Part shown: positions 1-12,891 of the stretch, piece by piece
How positions within the stretch are numbered: position 1 is the first letter of the stretch
How the letters are laid out: each line of letters starts with the position of its first letter
Assembly: GCA_001938485.1 (NCBI GenBank)
Contig: MQRK01225780.1
Span: 48,656-112,655 of the forward strand
DNA: 64,000 nt
Reading direction: 5' to 3'
Source of the DNA: Girardia tigrina
Lineage: Eukaryota
Position numbers and translations under genes: made by a program
The notes under the pieces: generated by a model
Told to the model about the DNA's origin: nothing
Databases searched by the model: none
What the model saw: the letters and a program-made list of their open reading frames with translations, nothing else

Positions 1-1440
1 ATATATATATATATAGAAAGTAAGCTAATAAAAAGAATGGAAAAAAAATTTATTTAAAAAAGTATTTATAGAAAATAAACAAATAGTTTTCAGAACTGCG
101 TTGCTAAAAATTATTTTTGGAATAAATAACTTTGAGATTTGATTTCCTGTAACGAATTAATGAACTATAAAAATTGTGAAAAATTATATGTGTATATTAT
201 AAGTTCTGTATGGAATTATATGGGAGGAAAATTTGGTAAAGGAGTTTTGTGACTAAATTTTAAATATTGTTACGATTTTTTGTGTGAGCTCAATAAGTTT
301 TTAAATTTGTTGGGAAAAATTAAAATTATGATATGCAAAAATTTTAAAGTAAATAAAAATGTGTTTTATTTTAATTAAAAATGATTTAATTCAATTTTAA
401 TATTTTTATTTTTAGTTTTAATATATTAAAAATAATTGATTTCTAAATCAATACAACATTCGATTCTACACCATTTAAAGATTTTAATTTCAAATATTAA
501 AATTTATTTCAAAATATTTTGCAACAGGGGGGGAGTATTAAGTATTTAGGATCAAATAGAGGATGATCCATCTGACGGTGAGCTAGTCTCCAATCCATAT
601 AGGATGAGGATTGGAGATTCATCGGAGGATATAGATAACTCATCATGGGAGGAGGATTTGACCTTCGATGATGAGTTATTAAGGTTAGATCAGTGAGCAG
701 AATGTCGGGCTTGGCGGAAACGTTCACCCAAGTGATGAGTGCGGGGGAGGCCGCTAGTGAAAGAACTCCTGGGGCAACCAGGGCCGGTGCAGAGGACGCC
801 TTCGGGCTGATGCATGCGGCGTATTTATTTATGTATCAACCGGGCACTTTTGCTCACTGACAAAAATAACTTAAATATCCACTTTCTTTTATACAAAAAT
901 TGATATAATCAACTGAAGGAGTTAATATTGATTCACTATTAGCACAAACGTTAGGTTTTATCTTTCTTTCATTTAATAAAAGAAATGGTTTGATTGTAAT
1001 TAAGTTTTAGAACATAAAATATCTGTTGATGATGGGATTCTTAAGAATTTATCAAAATATTTTCATTTTGGCTTTGTATTGGGATTACATTGCAAGATTC
1101 AGTAGCAGTTAGTAGAAAGTAGAGTTCAAAATAACATAAATTACTTGTCCGAATTTTCTAAGAAAGAAAAAAATATAGAGTGCTTTAATTTATTTAGACA
1201 GTAGCTCTCCAATTCTCAAAATTGTCGTCAGACACAATTATAAGGTGTGTACTAAAAGTATACTCTTTGATCAACTCATCAGTTTTGATTTACCCCAAAC
1301 AGACGCATACTTGTTTAATCAAACCAGGAAATAAGAGGCAGCAATTCGCCGTCAATGATTGTATCAAGAGATTAAAGGAAGAATTTATATGTCTACATAT
1401 GTATATTCCAAAAGTAAAACTCTCCTCATAAGTAGTTAAA

Positions 1441-1908
1441 TCCCAAGGACAAAGCTGAGATTTCTAGAACGTTACATTTATTCTGTACTTTCATATGGCT
1501 CAGAATGTTGGAAGATTTCTCAAGAAATGGAGAAGTGAATTGATGTAGCTGAGATGTGGTTTTTACACCAAATGATGAAGATTAGTTGGACCAGGGGTAT
1601 TTATAATAAAGATGTATTGGCACGCTTTGGCTATAGAAAATGAAAATTAATCATGACCATCAAAGAAGACAATCGAAATTCGTTGGCCACATCAATAAGA
1701 AAAAGGAATTTGAAAATGTAATCACCACTGGAAAGATTGTTTGCAGGAGAGATCGCAATAGGCAGCAACTAACATATTTGAAAAGTTTATCCTTCGTGTT
1801 AAACGCTTCCAGTGTACAATCCCTTTAAAAAAAACAAAGCGTTTGTTGTGAAGGTCAATGGGCACCAATGTCCTGAGGGATAGGGTACCACAAAATGAAG
1901 AAGAAGGA
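1441..1908 (+). mobile_element. RTE-clade LINE, 5'-truncated 3' fragment (decayed)
   Basis: Manual translation KLRFLERYIYSVLSYGSECW...DVAEMWFLHQMMKISWT, then RRQSKFVGHI...TGKIVCRRDRNRQ, matches the RTE/BovB ORF C-terminus. Ends in a GAAGAAGAAG-type tail. Contains a stop and a frameshift. Confidence 0.8.
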
Positions 1909-2657
1909 GAATATTGAAAAAAAATCTACAAATTCAAATTCATATAAATAATTTCATATAAAAAACATGTTTTGGCTTATTTATTTACTTTATTTATTTA
2001 TTATTTACTTTCATGTATAATTCAATAAACTTCGAAATAAAATTTATTTTAATGTAAATGTTAATAAAATTGTGGCAATTTAAAACAAATTAATAGGCTT
2101 CATTGTTATTTAAGTACTAATAAAAATATAAATATATTAAAATATTTATACACGAATAATTATTTATTTGGATATTTTACATTATCGCTATATTTGATAA
2201 ATAACTTTGTTAAAGGAGACCCTACCAGGTAGCCAAAACGTTTTAAAAAGTAAAAAAAATTATATTATTTATTTTCAAACCTTTGAGGTATTAATTTAAT
2301 TTAAAATGAATTTATTATGGATTTCATCTTTTAGGTGAAACTTTTCTCTTTTAAGAAAAGTAAAACAAACTATATTGAAAAGTTCTATTTACAAATAACT
2401 TTAATCTTCATACATTTACATGAATGTACACAGTTACGATAGCATTCTATGAAACAATTTAATGTTGTAAAGGTAAAATGTGTCAAATTAAATTTCCATT
2501 GGAAATAAAAATGCAAAATAAAAGAAAGGACTGTTGAAGTCAAAATGATTTTTTTCGTTTTAAATCAAATGAAATTCAATAAAAAAACAAATGATTAACT
2601 TTTAGAATCTTAGTTACATTTGAGGTATTCAAATAGAAGATTGAGAAACCTTTCTGA

Positions 2658-3499
2658 TCATCGACAAGAACAACTACTGACAGACATGTCTTTAAATTCC
2701 CGTAATAAAGCATCTCCTTCATTATTTAGATATAATAAAGTTTCTGGATGTAAATGGTAAGGCACACAACAGGGTTTTGGAATAGAAATATCTTTCAAAC
2801 CATGCACCAACAATTGAATAATAGCATGATTTGTCGCATTGAAAACGTCCGATAACGGATATGGACAATTACCTTTACAATAAAAAGCATTGTAGCTTTG
2901 AGGGGCAATTATCCACTTGTTCCAGCCAACTTCTTTAAAAGTTACAATTAATGGATACCGTTGACAATCTTCTTTTTGACCAAAAACATAATTAGATATA
3001 TCACGTTTAGTTCGAGTTTGGTACAACTTTTCAGAATCAGAAACAAGGGGAGATGAATTTGGATGATGATTTACTGGGGTTTTGTTTCTGTAGAATGTCA
3101 CTATGTTGGCATGATACAAATACAATGTTTTAGTTGGTTTCATTTGATTTCTAGAATCAATTCGTTTGAATGTGGATTTATGTTGTTTCCATAATCCAAA
3201 CGTTTTTATATAGAAAACAGAACTGTCTAAATAATTAGAAATGTCAATAGAAATCCATCCGTGTTTGTCAAATGAATTTGAATTGATCAATTTCTCTTTA
3301 AAAAAGTGAAAATGTTCATTGAAAATCATTAAAATCATAAATAATGAATCATTATTATAATTTGAGGTTTCTTGAATCAAGCGTGGAAACAGTCTCTTGT
3401 TAATTCTTAGTTCTCTTGCAATAGGAAAACTTTTGTGTGAATCGGCAAAGGTTTTGAAAATCAGTTTGTGAATACCGACCGCCGACCATGTGTGAATAT
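2658..3499 (-). CDS. bmp2/4: BMP2/4 (TGF-beta family ligand), coding exon 2: prodomain end, RTKR furin site, 7-Cys mature domain
   Basis: RTKR followed by C..GWNKWIIAP..Y.AFYCKGNC..NATNHAIIQ..PCCVP..CSCR is the BMP2/4 cystine-knot signature. Acceptor TTTTTTTAAG ends at 3500; phase 1 keeps the frame of the 2658..3380 ORF (117-nt offset, no stops). Confidence 0.96.
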
Positions 3500-4844
3500 C
3501 TTAAAAAAATGAACTATGTTAATCATTATAATGTTTACTTACTAATATTATAAAGAATAAGGTTAGGGGGTGGTATTTCATGCACAGTTTATATTACTAC
3601 CCCCCAGGGACACGCAAGTAAAAGTAAATATTATTGAAATGATAATATGACAATATAAAATGTTAATTGTTGACCAAAGAAAAACCATTTAAAGATAAAA
3701 GCATTTAATCATTGTTCAAATGTGTACTGAGAGTCACCTTGATTAAATTCTATAAAAGTGATACATAGTTTTTTTAATAAAACAAAAAGAAAATAATATT
3801 TTATATATTTGATATTTGTGAAATGAGATATAATTTTTTTATATTCAGTCAATTTCTTTAGATAAAATTAACTTTAGAAAACGACTTAAAAATTTTTTTG
3901 TTAATGTAAAAATTAAAAAAAAGGTAAAAATATTTAATTTTATTTAGATCTTATTGGATCATAAAAAATAAATTATAAATTTGAATTAAGAAAAATAAAT
4001 ATAAATAAATATTTTTGAGAGATTTTTTAAAAAAATAAATAAAATTTTCATTTTTCTAAATTAAAGTCCCTTTAATGACATTAAACAATTAATTAATACT
4101 TGAATAAATATTATTTTAAAGATTTTTTTTGGAGATGGAAAATTTTAAATGTTCCTAAAATTATGATAAAATATTATTCAATAGGAAAATTTTATCACGC
4201 ATTATTTAAAAATATTATTAAAAAAGTGTTTTATTTTGCCATTCCTATAGAAAACGTAATAAATTGTAAAAAGAAAATTATATTCTATTGTTTGAAAAAA
4301 AAGCAAAAAAAATATTATTTAAAATTGAAAATTTCAGTAATTCATATAGGAATAATATAAAAAATATTACGAATTATTTAATTAAAATTTGTTTTATTTT
4401 ATACAATAATTTATGATAATATTTGAATTTGAAACAAAATAAAAATAAATAATAAACAAAAACTATAAAATTTAAAAATTTCTGTATAAATAAATATTTT
4501 ATTTCCAAAAAAATATTTTTCAAAAATAGTTTAATAAAAATATTTTACAATAATTAATTATATAACGGTTTTCTTTTAATAATTAGAAAAAAATTATTTA
4601 GTTATTATCCTTTATTTATTGATTATTATACAATTTAGAATGATTTATTATTTATTTTAAATGATATTTATTTGAAAAATAAAATTAGTAACATATTTGT
4701 TTTAATCAATTTTAAAATTATAATTTTATTATAAATAATAATATTTGTTTCATACAAAGTAAAATCGAAAAAAAACAATAAAAAAAGATTTTATTTTACA
4801 AAATTAAATGGATTAATTTTTGAAGGAAAACAAATAGAATTTAC

Positions 4845-5211
4845 TTCGTAATCTTTGGCAATGAATCATTTCTATTGGTCCTAAATACTGAAATTTGCCT
4901 TCAATCTCAACGGAAAAATTATATAAATTAGACCGATATTTGTCGTAAAGAAATTTCATAAAATCTGGTACAAAATGCGGCAGTTTTTCCGACAATTCGG
5001 CATATTTTTCATTGTCACCGATTTCTTCCGGTTTAAGTCCCATATTTGATAGAAGAATCTTCTGTAAATTATTGCGCACTTTTTCTGACTGATTTTCGCT
5101 ATTATCACTGAACATTCGTTCATAGAACGAATCTCGTGCATCGTTCGATTGTGTTAGTTTGAATAGAAAACAACAAAAAACTTGAATATTAATAATTCGT
5201 AATTTTCTCAT
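4845..5211 (-). CDS. bmp2/4: BMP2/4 coding exon 1: signal peptide and N-terminal prodomain
   Basis: Signal-peptide-like start; LLSNMGL...VPDFMKFLY is the BMP prodomain latency motif. Donor CGA A|GTAAA at 4844. The joined CDS is 367+842=1209 nt (402 aa) with a 1345-nt intron. Confidence 0.92.
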
Positions 5212-5438
5212 GGAAAATCTTTTGAAATGGGATTAAAAAGTTTTTCAAAAAAAAAGAAAAAAAAACAAAAAAAAGCAATCGTTGTTTAATTTTCTTCTTT
5301 CACAGTGTCAACACACAATAGGAAAATATTATCACAAATTGCAAAAAAAAATTTTGTAAATTTTTAATATTAGAATTTTGTTTTAACATTTTGTTTGTTA
5401 ATTATCAGAATTTAATTCGATATTAAAAACTAAATTTG

Positions 5439-5447
5439 ATTGGCGCC
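5439..5447 (-). promoter_or_regulatory. Overlapping CCAAT box and GGCGCC (Smad1/5-type) motif ~230 bp upstream of the bmp ATG
   Basis: Minus strand reads GGCGCCAAT in otherwise very AT-rich upstream DNA. Function is inferred only. Confidence 0.3.
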
Positions 5448-5854
5448 TCTCCATTAATTGATATATGATAACACACAATCTGCTCTACAAACTATAGGTG
5501 TAAATTAAAACAAATTTCCCAGTTTACCCAATAGCGATTATTGATACAATTCTGAAAAGAATAATAATATGTTCTTGTTTGAAAAGATTTTTTTGTCTTG
5601 AAAATTGTCTATTGTTCTGGAAAATTTGTTGAATTACCTTTGTTTATCGTTTTGTATCATGTTTATTCTTGAAATTTTTGCTAGCGTATTTTTTCCCTCC
5701 GTTTTATTATTAAGAAAAAATGCTACACTAACTTTGTGTTTTTTAAAAATTTATGTTTTAATTAGATTAGTTTAATTTTGAGAAATATTGGTTTTGAATA
5801 TTTGAATATTTATATTTAAATATTTTATAAAAACATCGGATTCTTATTTATAGA

Positions 5855-6346
5855 TAGCGGTGGGCACGGTTCGCGTTTAAACGACCGTTTAAACGTTTTC
5901 GATTTTTAAGACGTTTAAACGTTTAACGATTTATAAACGAGCCTATAGTTCTTAAGTTCGTATTTCAAACTCACGATATGGGTTATACTTTTTTGAAACT
6001 TATCACGCTACCTAAGGCTTATTCATTTGTAAAGAACACATTGTCCCAATCTATTGAGCTTTCTCGTGGGACTATAAATACAAAATATGAAAAGTGGCAT
6101 TAATATCATATTTGAGAATTGCATCAAAATTTCCAGTAAATTTTTTTGTTAGACGTAAAATTATTTAAATTATATTTGTTCGTTTTCTAAATTTTTTCGA
6201 GTAAAAAAGTTTTAAAAACTAGATGTACTGTATTGAAGGAAAGGTATTGGTTTTTGATTAAGCTTATAATTAAAATTTTAAACGTTTAATTTGCTAAACG
6301 AAGACCGTTTAAACGTTTAAAAAAAATTAAAACGTGCCCACGTCTA
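5855..6346. mobile_element. Non-autonomous hAT element (MITE) upstream of bmp
   Basis: TIRs TAGCGGTGGGCACG / CGTGCCCACGTCTA; perfect 8-bp TSD TTTATAGA (5847-5854, 6347-6354); clustered subterminal CGTTTAAACG palindromes. Confidence 0.9.
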
Positions 6347-6383
6347 TTTATAGATGAATTATGACATTAGTATGTAAAATGAA

Positions 6384-7575
6384 TACTGGGTGCTTTTAAT
6401 ATGTACTATACCTAAGGTGAAATAATGTAATTTGTGTGATTAAATAAATTAATTTAGGTTTTAATTTCAGCAATTGTTTTATTTTATCAAACGCATTAAA
6501 ATTTTTATTGCGAAATTATGAATTTTCTTCAGTGCGATGATTTTAAACGTCGAATATTGCAACTTTATCAAGTTCTTTGTGTGGCAGAAGAAGACGTGCA
6601 GTGAAATCTACGATATTTTGCAGTCAACTTACCTATATGACTCTCCATCTCTGATAGCTTAAATATTGCGTCAGAGAGTTTAAAAGTGGTGGCACCTCCG
6701 TTTTTGATCACGAAAAATGAGGTCGGATAAAGGAAATGTTTGAAAAATTTGATGAAAGGTTTGAGAAGAGCGTCGAATTACCATGAAAATGCTGTTAATG
6801 AAGTTCAACATCAATGTTAGTACAACCCACGCCAAATTCAAATCATGGTTATCAGAAAACTTTACTCCAGATTCGTACTCTGCTACTTGACTGATGAAAT
6901 AATGTGAAAACGCTAGGAGGGCAGTCAAATTAACTTGAACCCGATGAGACATTCTTGACAAATTTAATTACGGAGGATGAAACACCAATAAGTATATATT
7001 TAGTGGAAACAATTCGTGAGTCAGCAGAGTAAAAATGCCTGGAGACAATCCATTTTTGAAGAAGCAAAAGGTTAGGGAAGATCATAAAGATGATGGATTT
7101 CGAGGATAAGTGCATCACCATCAACGCTGCTTTTTACAGCCAACACTTGGCAACCACCAAAAAGAATAGTCGAAAGCAAAATGAATTCCCATTATGGTTT
7201 CTCCGCGACAATGCACTAGTAAATACATTAGGTATTTCTGGGGTCACAATTAAAGGTGTTGAACTATTACTTGGGGATCATTCTCCGTACCGTCCACATT
7301 TTGCACCGTGTGATTTTTACGTCCTCAAACACCTAAATAATCATTTCAGAGGTATCCAGTTTGTATCAAAAAATGATTTTAAGGTTACTGAGGAGGATTT
7401 CTTTGCAGCATACCCAAGAAATTTTAAAAAGGTGTTTTCTGAGTTGATTATTCGTTGAAAGAAGTTTGTTGAAAATTGTTGCCTACATAAGTTATGCATG
7501 GTGTGATGAAAGTGACCATTTTTGAATTTGTTTTCTTTTAAGGCCGAGAACTTATTGAACGTACCACACTTGTAT
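6384..7575 (+). mobile_element. Old decayed mariner element
   Basis: Fragments TEDET, RDNA and HSPYRPHFAPCDFY (the mariner YSPDLAPSDF motif). The right end ACTTATTGAAC...TGTA resembles a mariner TIR; the left boundary is approximate. Confidence 0.75.
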
Positions 7576-7918
7576 ATTGTTAAGTAGTTAATTTTGAAAA
7601 CAAGATAATAATTAAATTTTTTAATCATGTTACATTTACACCAATTTACACACTCATATACTTGACAAAGAAAAATAAACATTTTTTAACTTTTATTAGA
7701 AATACAATTCGAATCATTCTTGTGACAAAATATTTTTGAGTTTTCATTCGCAGACACCATTAAAAAGAAAAGATAATTACTTGTTATTCAATCATCTAAG
7801 CTATATTTTACATTTTAATATGTACTACGATTTTCATTGATTAAAATGAAAATGATATATTAAGTATTCAAAAACATTAATTTCGATTTATTCATATAAA
7901 AATTTAAAATGATACTTA

Positions 7919-9399
7919 GGCTGTCCCAAAAGTCCTCAGGTGGCCTTTAAAAACACACCAATATTTTACCAAATTTGGACTGAATATTATTCAGACTGTC
8001 ATAAATACTGTGTTAAAATTTCAAAGCATAAAATTTGAAACTTACCAAAAAAAATAAAATTATTAACCAACAAAAAAAATTAGATGCAGCGAATTTAAAA
8101 ATTTATTTAAAAAAATATTTTAAAAATTTCTTAAGCAACAACATATTCACCATTGTTGTCAATAACCAACTGACAATAGTTAAAAAAGTTTATCTAGTTG
8201 ATTTTTTGATAAAGATGTTTCTGTTGATAAAGAATTAAAAAAAGAATTTACAAGCTTCTTCAATTTCTTCATGTGATTTTTAAAACTTTTCTTCATTTTT
8301 GAAAACAAGAATCTGTCACAGATTAAAATCTGGTCTATAAGGCGATTGATATTTTTTTTCAATTTTTCTTCTTTCAAAAAAAAGAGTTGTTTCTTTGCTA
8401 GAATGAGGTCTTTCCTTATCATGCCAACACTTAAGTTCCTTTATCTTGATGCTGTTAGATCTAGGTTTCCGCCATTTTTCACCGGTATCATGAACAAAGT
8501 TCACATACGCCTCGGAATCAATCTTGGTACCATATGGCAGTGCTTTTACATTAAAACGTTTGTTGCAGGTAAAGGTTACGAAAACAAGAGATTTTTTATC
8601 AGTTATTGGCGATGGCTTTATCACTTTTGGTGGAACAGCAAAAAACAAAACAGAGGGAATCCAAACTTTGTGATCTTCTTTCTTTCCTCTACCTTGGAAA
8701 AAGACCCATGTCTCATCCTCGATCGCTATGTTGGAATATGCTTCATCACCCATCTGTGAAATTACATGGCATATATGCTTTGTAGTGTTAATGCGTTGTT
8801 GTTTATTAGCAGCAGAAAGTTCGTGAGTGACCCAAACAGAGGAAACTTTTTTGTAATGAAGTTTTTCACGCAAAACTTTGTGGACTGTATTTTTGCCTAA
8901 AGAAAGTTCATTTTCAATATAATGCAAAGACGCATTTGGAGCTTCATCAATCACTTCTTTGACTGCTTTAATCTTTTCATTGTCTATTAATGACAGCCTG
9001 CCACTTCTTGATGAATCGTCGAAGGACGTCCACTTTTCCTTTTTTAAAATCAGTCAACCATTCTGAATAATTTTCAGTGCTGGGTGATTTGCGTCTTCCT
9101 GCTGAAGTTGCTGAAGAATTTCTGAAGCAGAGAATCCTCTTTTACTTTGAGTTAGAATAAAAAAACTTTGGCAACATTTACTTGGCTCCATTGTTAAAAA
9201 CCGCTTGATTTGAATTCGCTGCACTTTTAAAATTTCAATACTTTAATAAAACAAAATTTTATTTTTTTTTAATTTTATACTTTGAGATTTTAACACAGTA
9301 TTTATGACAGTTTGAATAATATTCAGTCCAAATTTGGTTAAATTTGGTAAAATATTAGTGTGTTTTTAAAGAGGGCCCCTGATGACTTTTGGGACAGCC
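7919..9399 (-). mobile_element. Mariner-type element with ~115-bp TIRs and disrupted transposase
   Basis: TA|GGCTGTCCCAAAAGTC... and ...GACTTTTGGGACAGCC|TA. Motifs WVTHELS, EDETW, HDKERPH, SPYRPDFNL(CD). The N-terminus near 9191 is broken by a frameshift/stop. Confidence 0.9.
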
Positions 9400-11482
9400 T
9401 ATATATTAAATTAAAAATAAGTTTAAACATTTAATCTAAATTTAAATCAAATTAGTTCCAAATAATAAAAATTGAAGTATTAAATCAAAACAGCACACAA
9501 CATTCAAACTCAAAACATCAAACAATCTAAAAGTTCTTCTCAACACTAGAAGATTTCTACCAAAAAAATCTAGGAGATAAGAAGCTATCCAAATATAAAT
9601 AAATTTCAAAAACTTTAAGGCAAAATTAAATCCTTAAAAATAAAATAAAAAGGAAATAATCCCGAAAAATCGGAAGAAATTAAATTCAAATTAAACGGAA
9701 AAGCAAGTAGATTCAACTTCACATATCTCAAAATCGCTTATATCAAATTATTGCTTATCATAAATTTTTTTCAAAGTCCCGATTTTTTCTCCATAAGTTT
9801 CAAATTGATTAAAAGACGTACGCATTTCGCCATTTAGGCATCTTCAATATAAGAAAAAAGTGATTAATTAATATTATATAGTTAAAAACTTTTACATAAT
9901 ATGTCTCAAAATATGCTTTTAAAATATTTTTATGTCATTTAAAAACATAAATATGATTGGATAAATCAACTTGCTCGTTTCAGGTTGGCTTATGATGATT
10001 AATTAACAATGCTTCAGTAATAATCCTCACATGATTTGTGCAAAATTATTTAAAATTATTTTTAAATCTTTATTATTTTAAAATAATTCTCATCACCAGC
10101 ACATCTTTCCTTAAATGCAATAAAAGCTGCTCAATCACTCTCGACTTTGACTATAATTCCAGGTGATATGAGTAAATTGTAACAACCACTGGTTTCAATG
10201 CGAAGATCAGGTCAAATTAGGAGAAATTAAAGAGATCCAGGTGCCATAAATTCAACAAAACGTGAAAATGAGAAAGGCTTCGTATTCTACTGACTATGAA
10301 TAGATTCTTTCAGCAGATCACTCAATTAAAACTGAATGTGTAATTAATGGGTTTAAAAGGCAAACATTTTAAATAGCTGCTGCTATGTAGATGGTGATAA
10401 ATGAGCTAAAGATAATGAAGCCTACTTTGAGATTACATTGAAGATATCTTATAAAATCATACCGAATCCTTTATATATTTTTTGGAATACTTAACAGTAG
10501 ATTCAGGGACACGAAATTTGTTAATTCTGTGTATTACCCGCGGGAGTAGTTCATTTGGGTACCGTCGTTTGGGGCTTCATTTGGGAGTTTTTCATTTTAT
10601 AAATTCTGTTGAAGTAATAAATTTTGTTTTAAGACATCATTTTTTCAAACTTATCCTATTAAATTATCTATACTAGGGATTTAAGGGTACTTTCGATGTT
10701 GCTTATACGATCTCAACAATACAGTCCTTATCATACTTTTTAACTTTACGAAGATACCAACACAGTCAAACTCTCCCTTACATGGAATACTAATGAACAT
10801 ACTTATAACTTCAAAAGTAAAAAACACTTATTCATTCTTATTTAACAAAAACATAATAAAAGTATTAATTCTGTAAGAAAATCCGCGACATTTGAATCCG
10901 GATTCATTAAATCAAAACAAATCTGACTTATAGAAAGAAGTTTCAAAAATGCTGAAAAATATTATATCAATTTTAAGTTTGTTACTGATTTAATTCTTTT
11001 GATTAACGACAAATTTTACAATCTGTTTTAAACAATGAAAATAATTTTTATTCCAATTTTTCCAGACACCTTATTTAAATGGAGATTTTATTTTAATGAC
11101 AATCAGAAAGTAACAGGAAAAGCAAAAATAATGGCAATGGCGTCATGATTATCAATTATGCTTCATGATAATGGCAAATGGAAAAGGAATGGTAAAAACA
11201 GAACAATTTGAAAAATTAAACAAAAAATATAAAACCAATATGCAAATCAGTCATAAAGCGGTATTTGAATATTACTTTCAGAATTATCTAATTTATTTTC
11301 AACTATTCCCATTCAACTTCCATCAGTACTTAATTTAATTTTCTTTTAAATTTAATTTTTAAATGTATTAACAAATAATTTCTATATAATTTTAATGTAA
11401 TTTTTCTTAATTTTGAGATTAAGAGTATTTTTAATTGAATAGCAGTATATTTATAATGTTCATCAATTAAGCAAATGTTGAT

Positions 11483-12200
11483 GGTACGGTTCTTCCGTGT
11501 TATCTTACCCCAAAAAATTTCATGTGAAAATACAGAAAGGAGAATAAAAATAACAGATACTCATTATAATTATTTTCTAAATTACAGTTACAAACGTAGC
11601 AAATGCTTGTAATGTGTTTGTAAATGGTCATTTAGGTGGCCAGAAAACCACAATGTCGTTGAAGATAGTGTCGAACCATTTGACATTGTTGATTAGACAC
11701 GTTTGCTCCACAGAAACTCGCAAATGTAGGAGTCAATCATTTGTCTATGAGTTCCATTTTGTCGTTTGTTCTTTTGATTTGCCGCCATCCACGTTCTCTC
11801 AATTGTTTGTGTGTTGGCAACGATAACAAGGTTTACAAATAGTTGTGAATGGTTAACGGTTATGTGTGCGTAACCTCTAACTGGTATGTCTGCTATTCCA
11901 GCGTACACCCTCCACTCGTCCGATGCAATGTTACTTCCTGGTTCAATAGACTGGGTTATTATTGGTGTCAAAGTAGATACAGTTCGATTTGGGACCATGA
12001 ACAAAAAACAATCACCAGTTTCTCTACCGATACCACCAAAAACCCAATGTTGAAGAAATATATCATGATGGTAATGAAAAGACAAAGTCATAGCGTGATT
12101 ATTGCTCCGCATTTGAGAGTTTGCAGGATTCCACGTTTCTGAAAAAATTGGACAGCACTGGCTTTGTCATTGACTAACGCCGATAACCTTAATAAATTTG
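11483..12200 (-). mobile_element. Merlin / IS1595 (ISXO2-like) transposase remnant
   Basis: WVFGGIGRETGDCF..VPNRT..TL.PII...I.PGS.I.SDEW..Y...H.TVNHS..FV...NTQTIE..W...SY..EF.W is the IS1595/Merlin DDE signature. Ends are approximate. Confidence 0.85.
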
Positions 12201-12344
12201 ATTAAAATTATAGAGTCAAGTTCATATCATTTTTAGAATTTATTTCAGAAAGTTATATTCCAGGAAGTACCTTATCTACTGAAGTACCTCAATTTGATTC
12301 CTGTATCAAATCTTGGTCTAAAAGTATTTAATATTGTTTTAAGG

Positions 12345-12657
12345 CAGTGGTGTCAAACCTTTTTGCTGTGCGGGTCACTTGATACAACACAAATGCTCCG
12401 GCGGGCCACAATGGAAATGTCAAGTACATTATCAAACACAGAAAAATTATTTAACTAAGTATAAAAGAAAACATTTATTAAAAAAAAACATTTATTCTAA
12501 AAGAAACCATGCTACAGTACTATAATTACACTAGCTGTTATATTAATTTTTTATGCTTTTAGTGAAAATTTAGTCACTGTTATGTAAAATTACACTGTTT
12601 ATGGTTCTATTTAGATTTGTCAGACTTCTGATGCGGGCCGCCACTTTGACACCTCTG
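12345..12657. mobile_element. hAT (Charlie/Buster-like) MITE
   Basis: TIRs CAGTGGTGTCAAA / TTTGACACCTCTG; perfect 8-bp TSD TTTTAAGG (12337-12344, 12658-12665). Confidence 0.92.
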
Positions 12658-12846
12658 TTTTAAGGCTAATACATCATTTTATGGGGTTTTATTCAGTTGA
12701 ATTTGTAAAAAAATCGGAATATTTTCAGCAGCAATGAAAAATAAGATTGTCGCTATTAAGAACACCTATCTAGTTTTCAAATAAACTTGAAAAAAGATGG
12801 CAATTTTTTATTATAAACAAATAAACGCCATTTAAAAATATATTTT

Positions 12847-12891
12847 AGGATAATATATTTCGACGGTTTAACTGTCATCATCAGATCACTG
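12847..12891 (-). ncRNA. Minimal type-I hammerhead ribozyme (inverted PLE arm)
   Basis: Minus strand AGTGAT CTGATGA T GACAG TTAAA CCGTC GAAA TATATT ATCCT. One helix II mismatch relative to the copy at 15066. Confidence 0.75.

Noticed and set aside
2658-3380. ORF-track start at 3380 for the BMP protein
   Set aside because: That codon is TTG inside exon 2; the real frame extends to the splice acceptor at 3499 and joins exon 1.
4100-4360. 86-aa ORF inside the bmp intron, and similar K/I/F/N-rich ORFs (8035, 26060, 39705, 54259)
   Set aside because: Low-complexity products of AT-rich DNA with no motifs.
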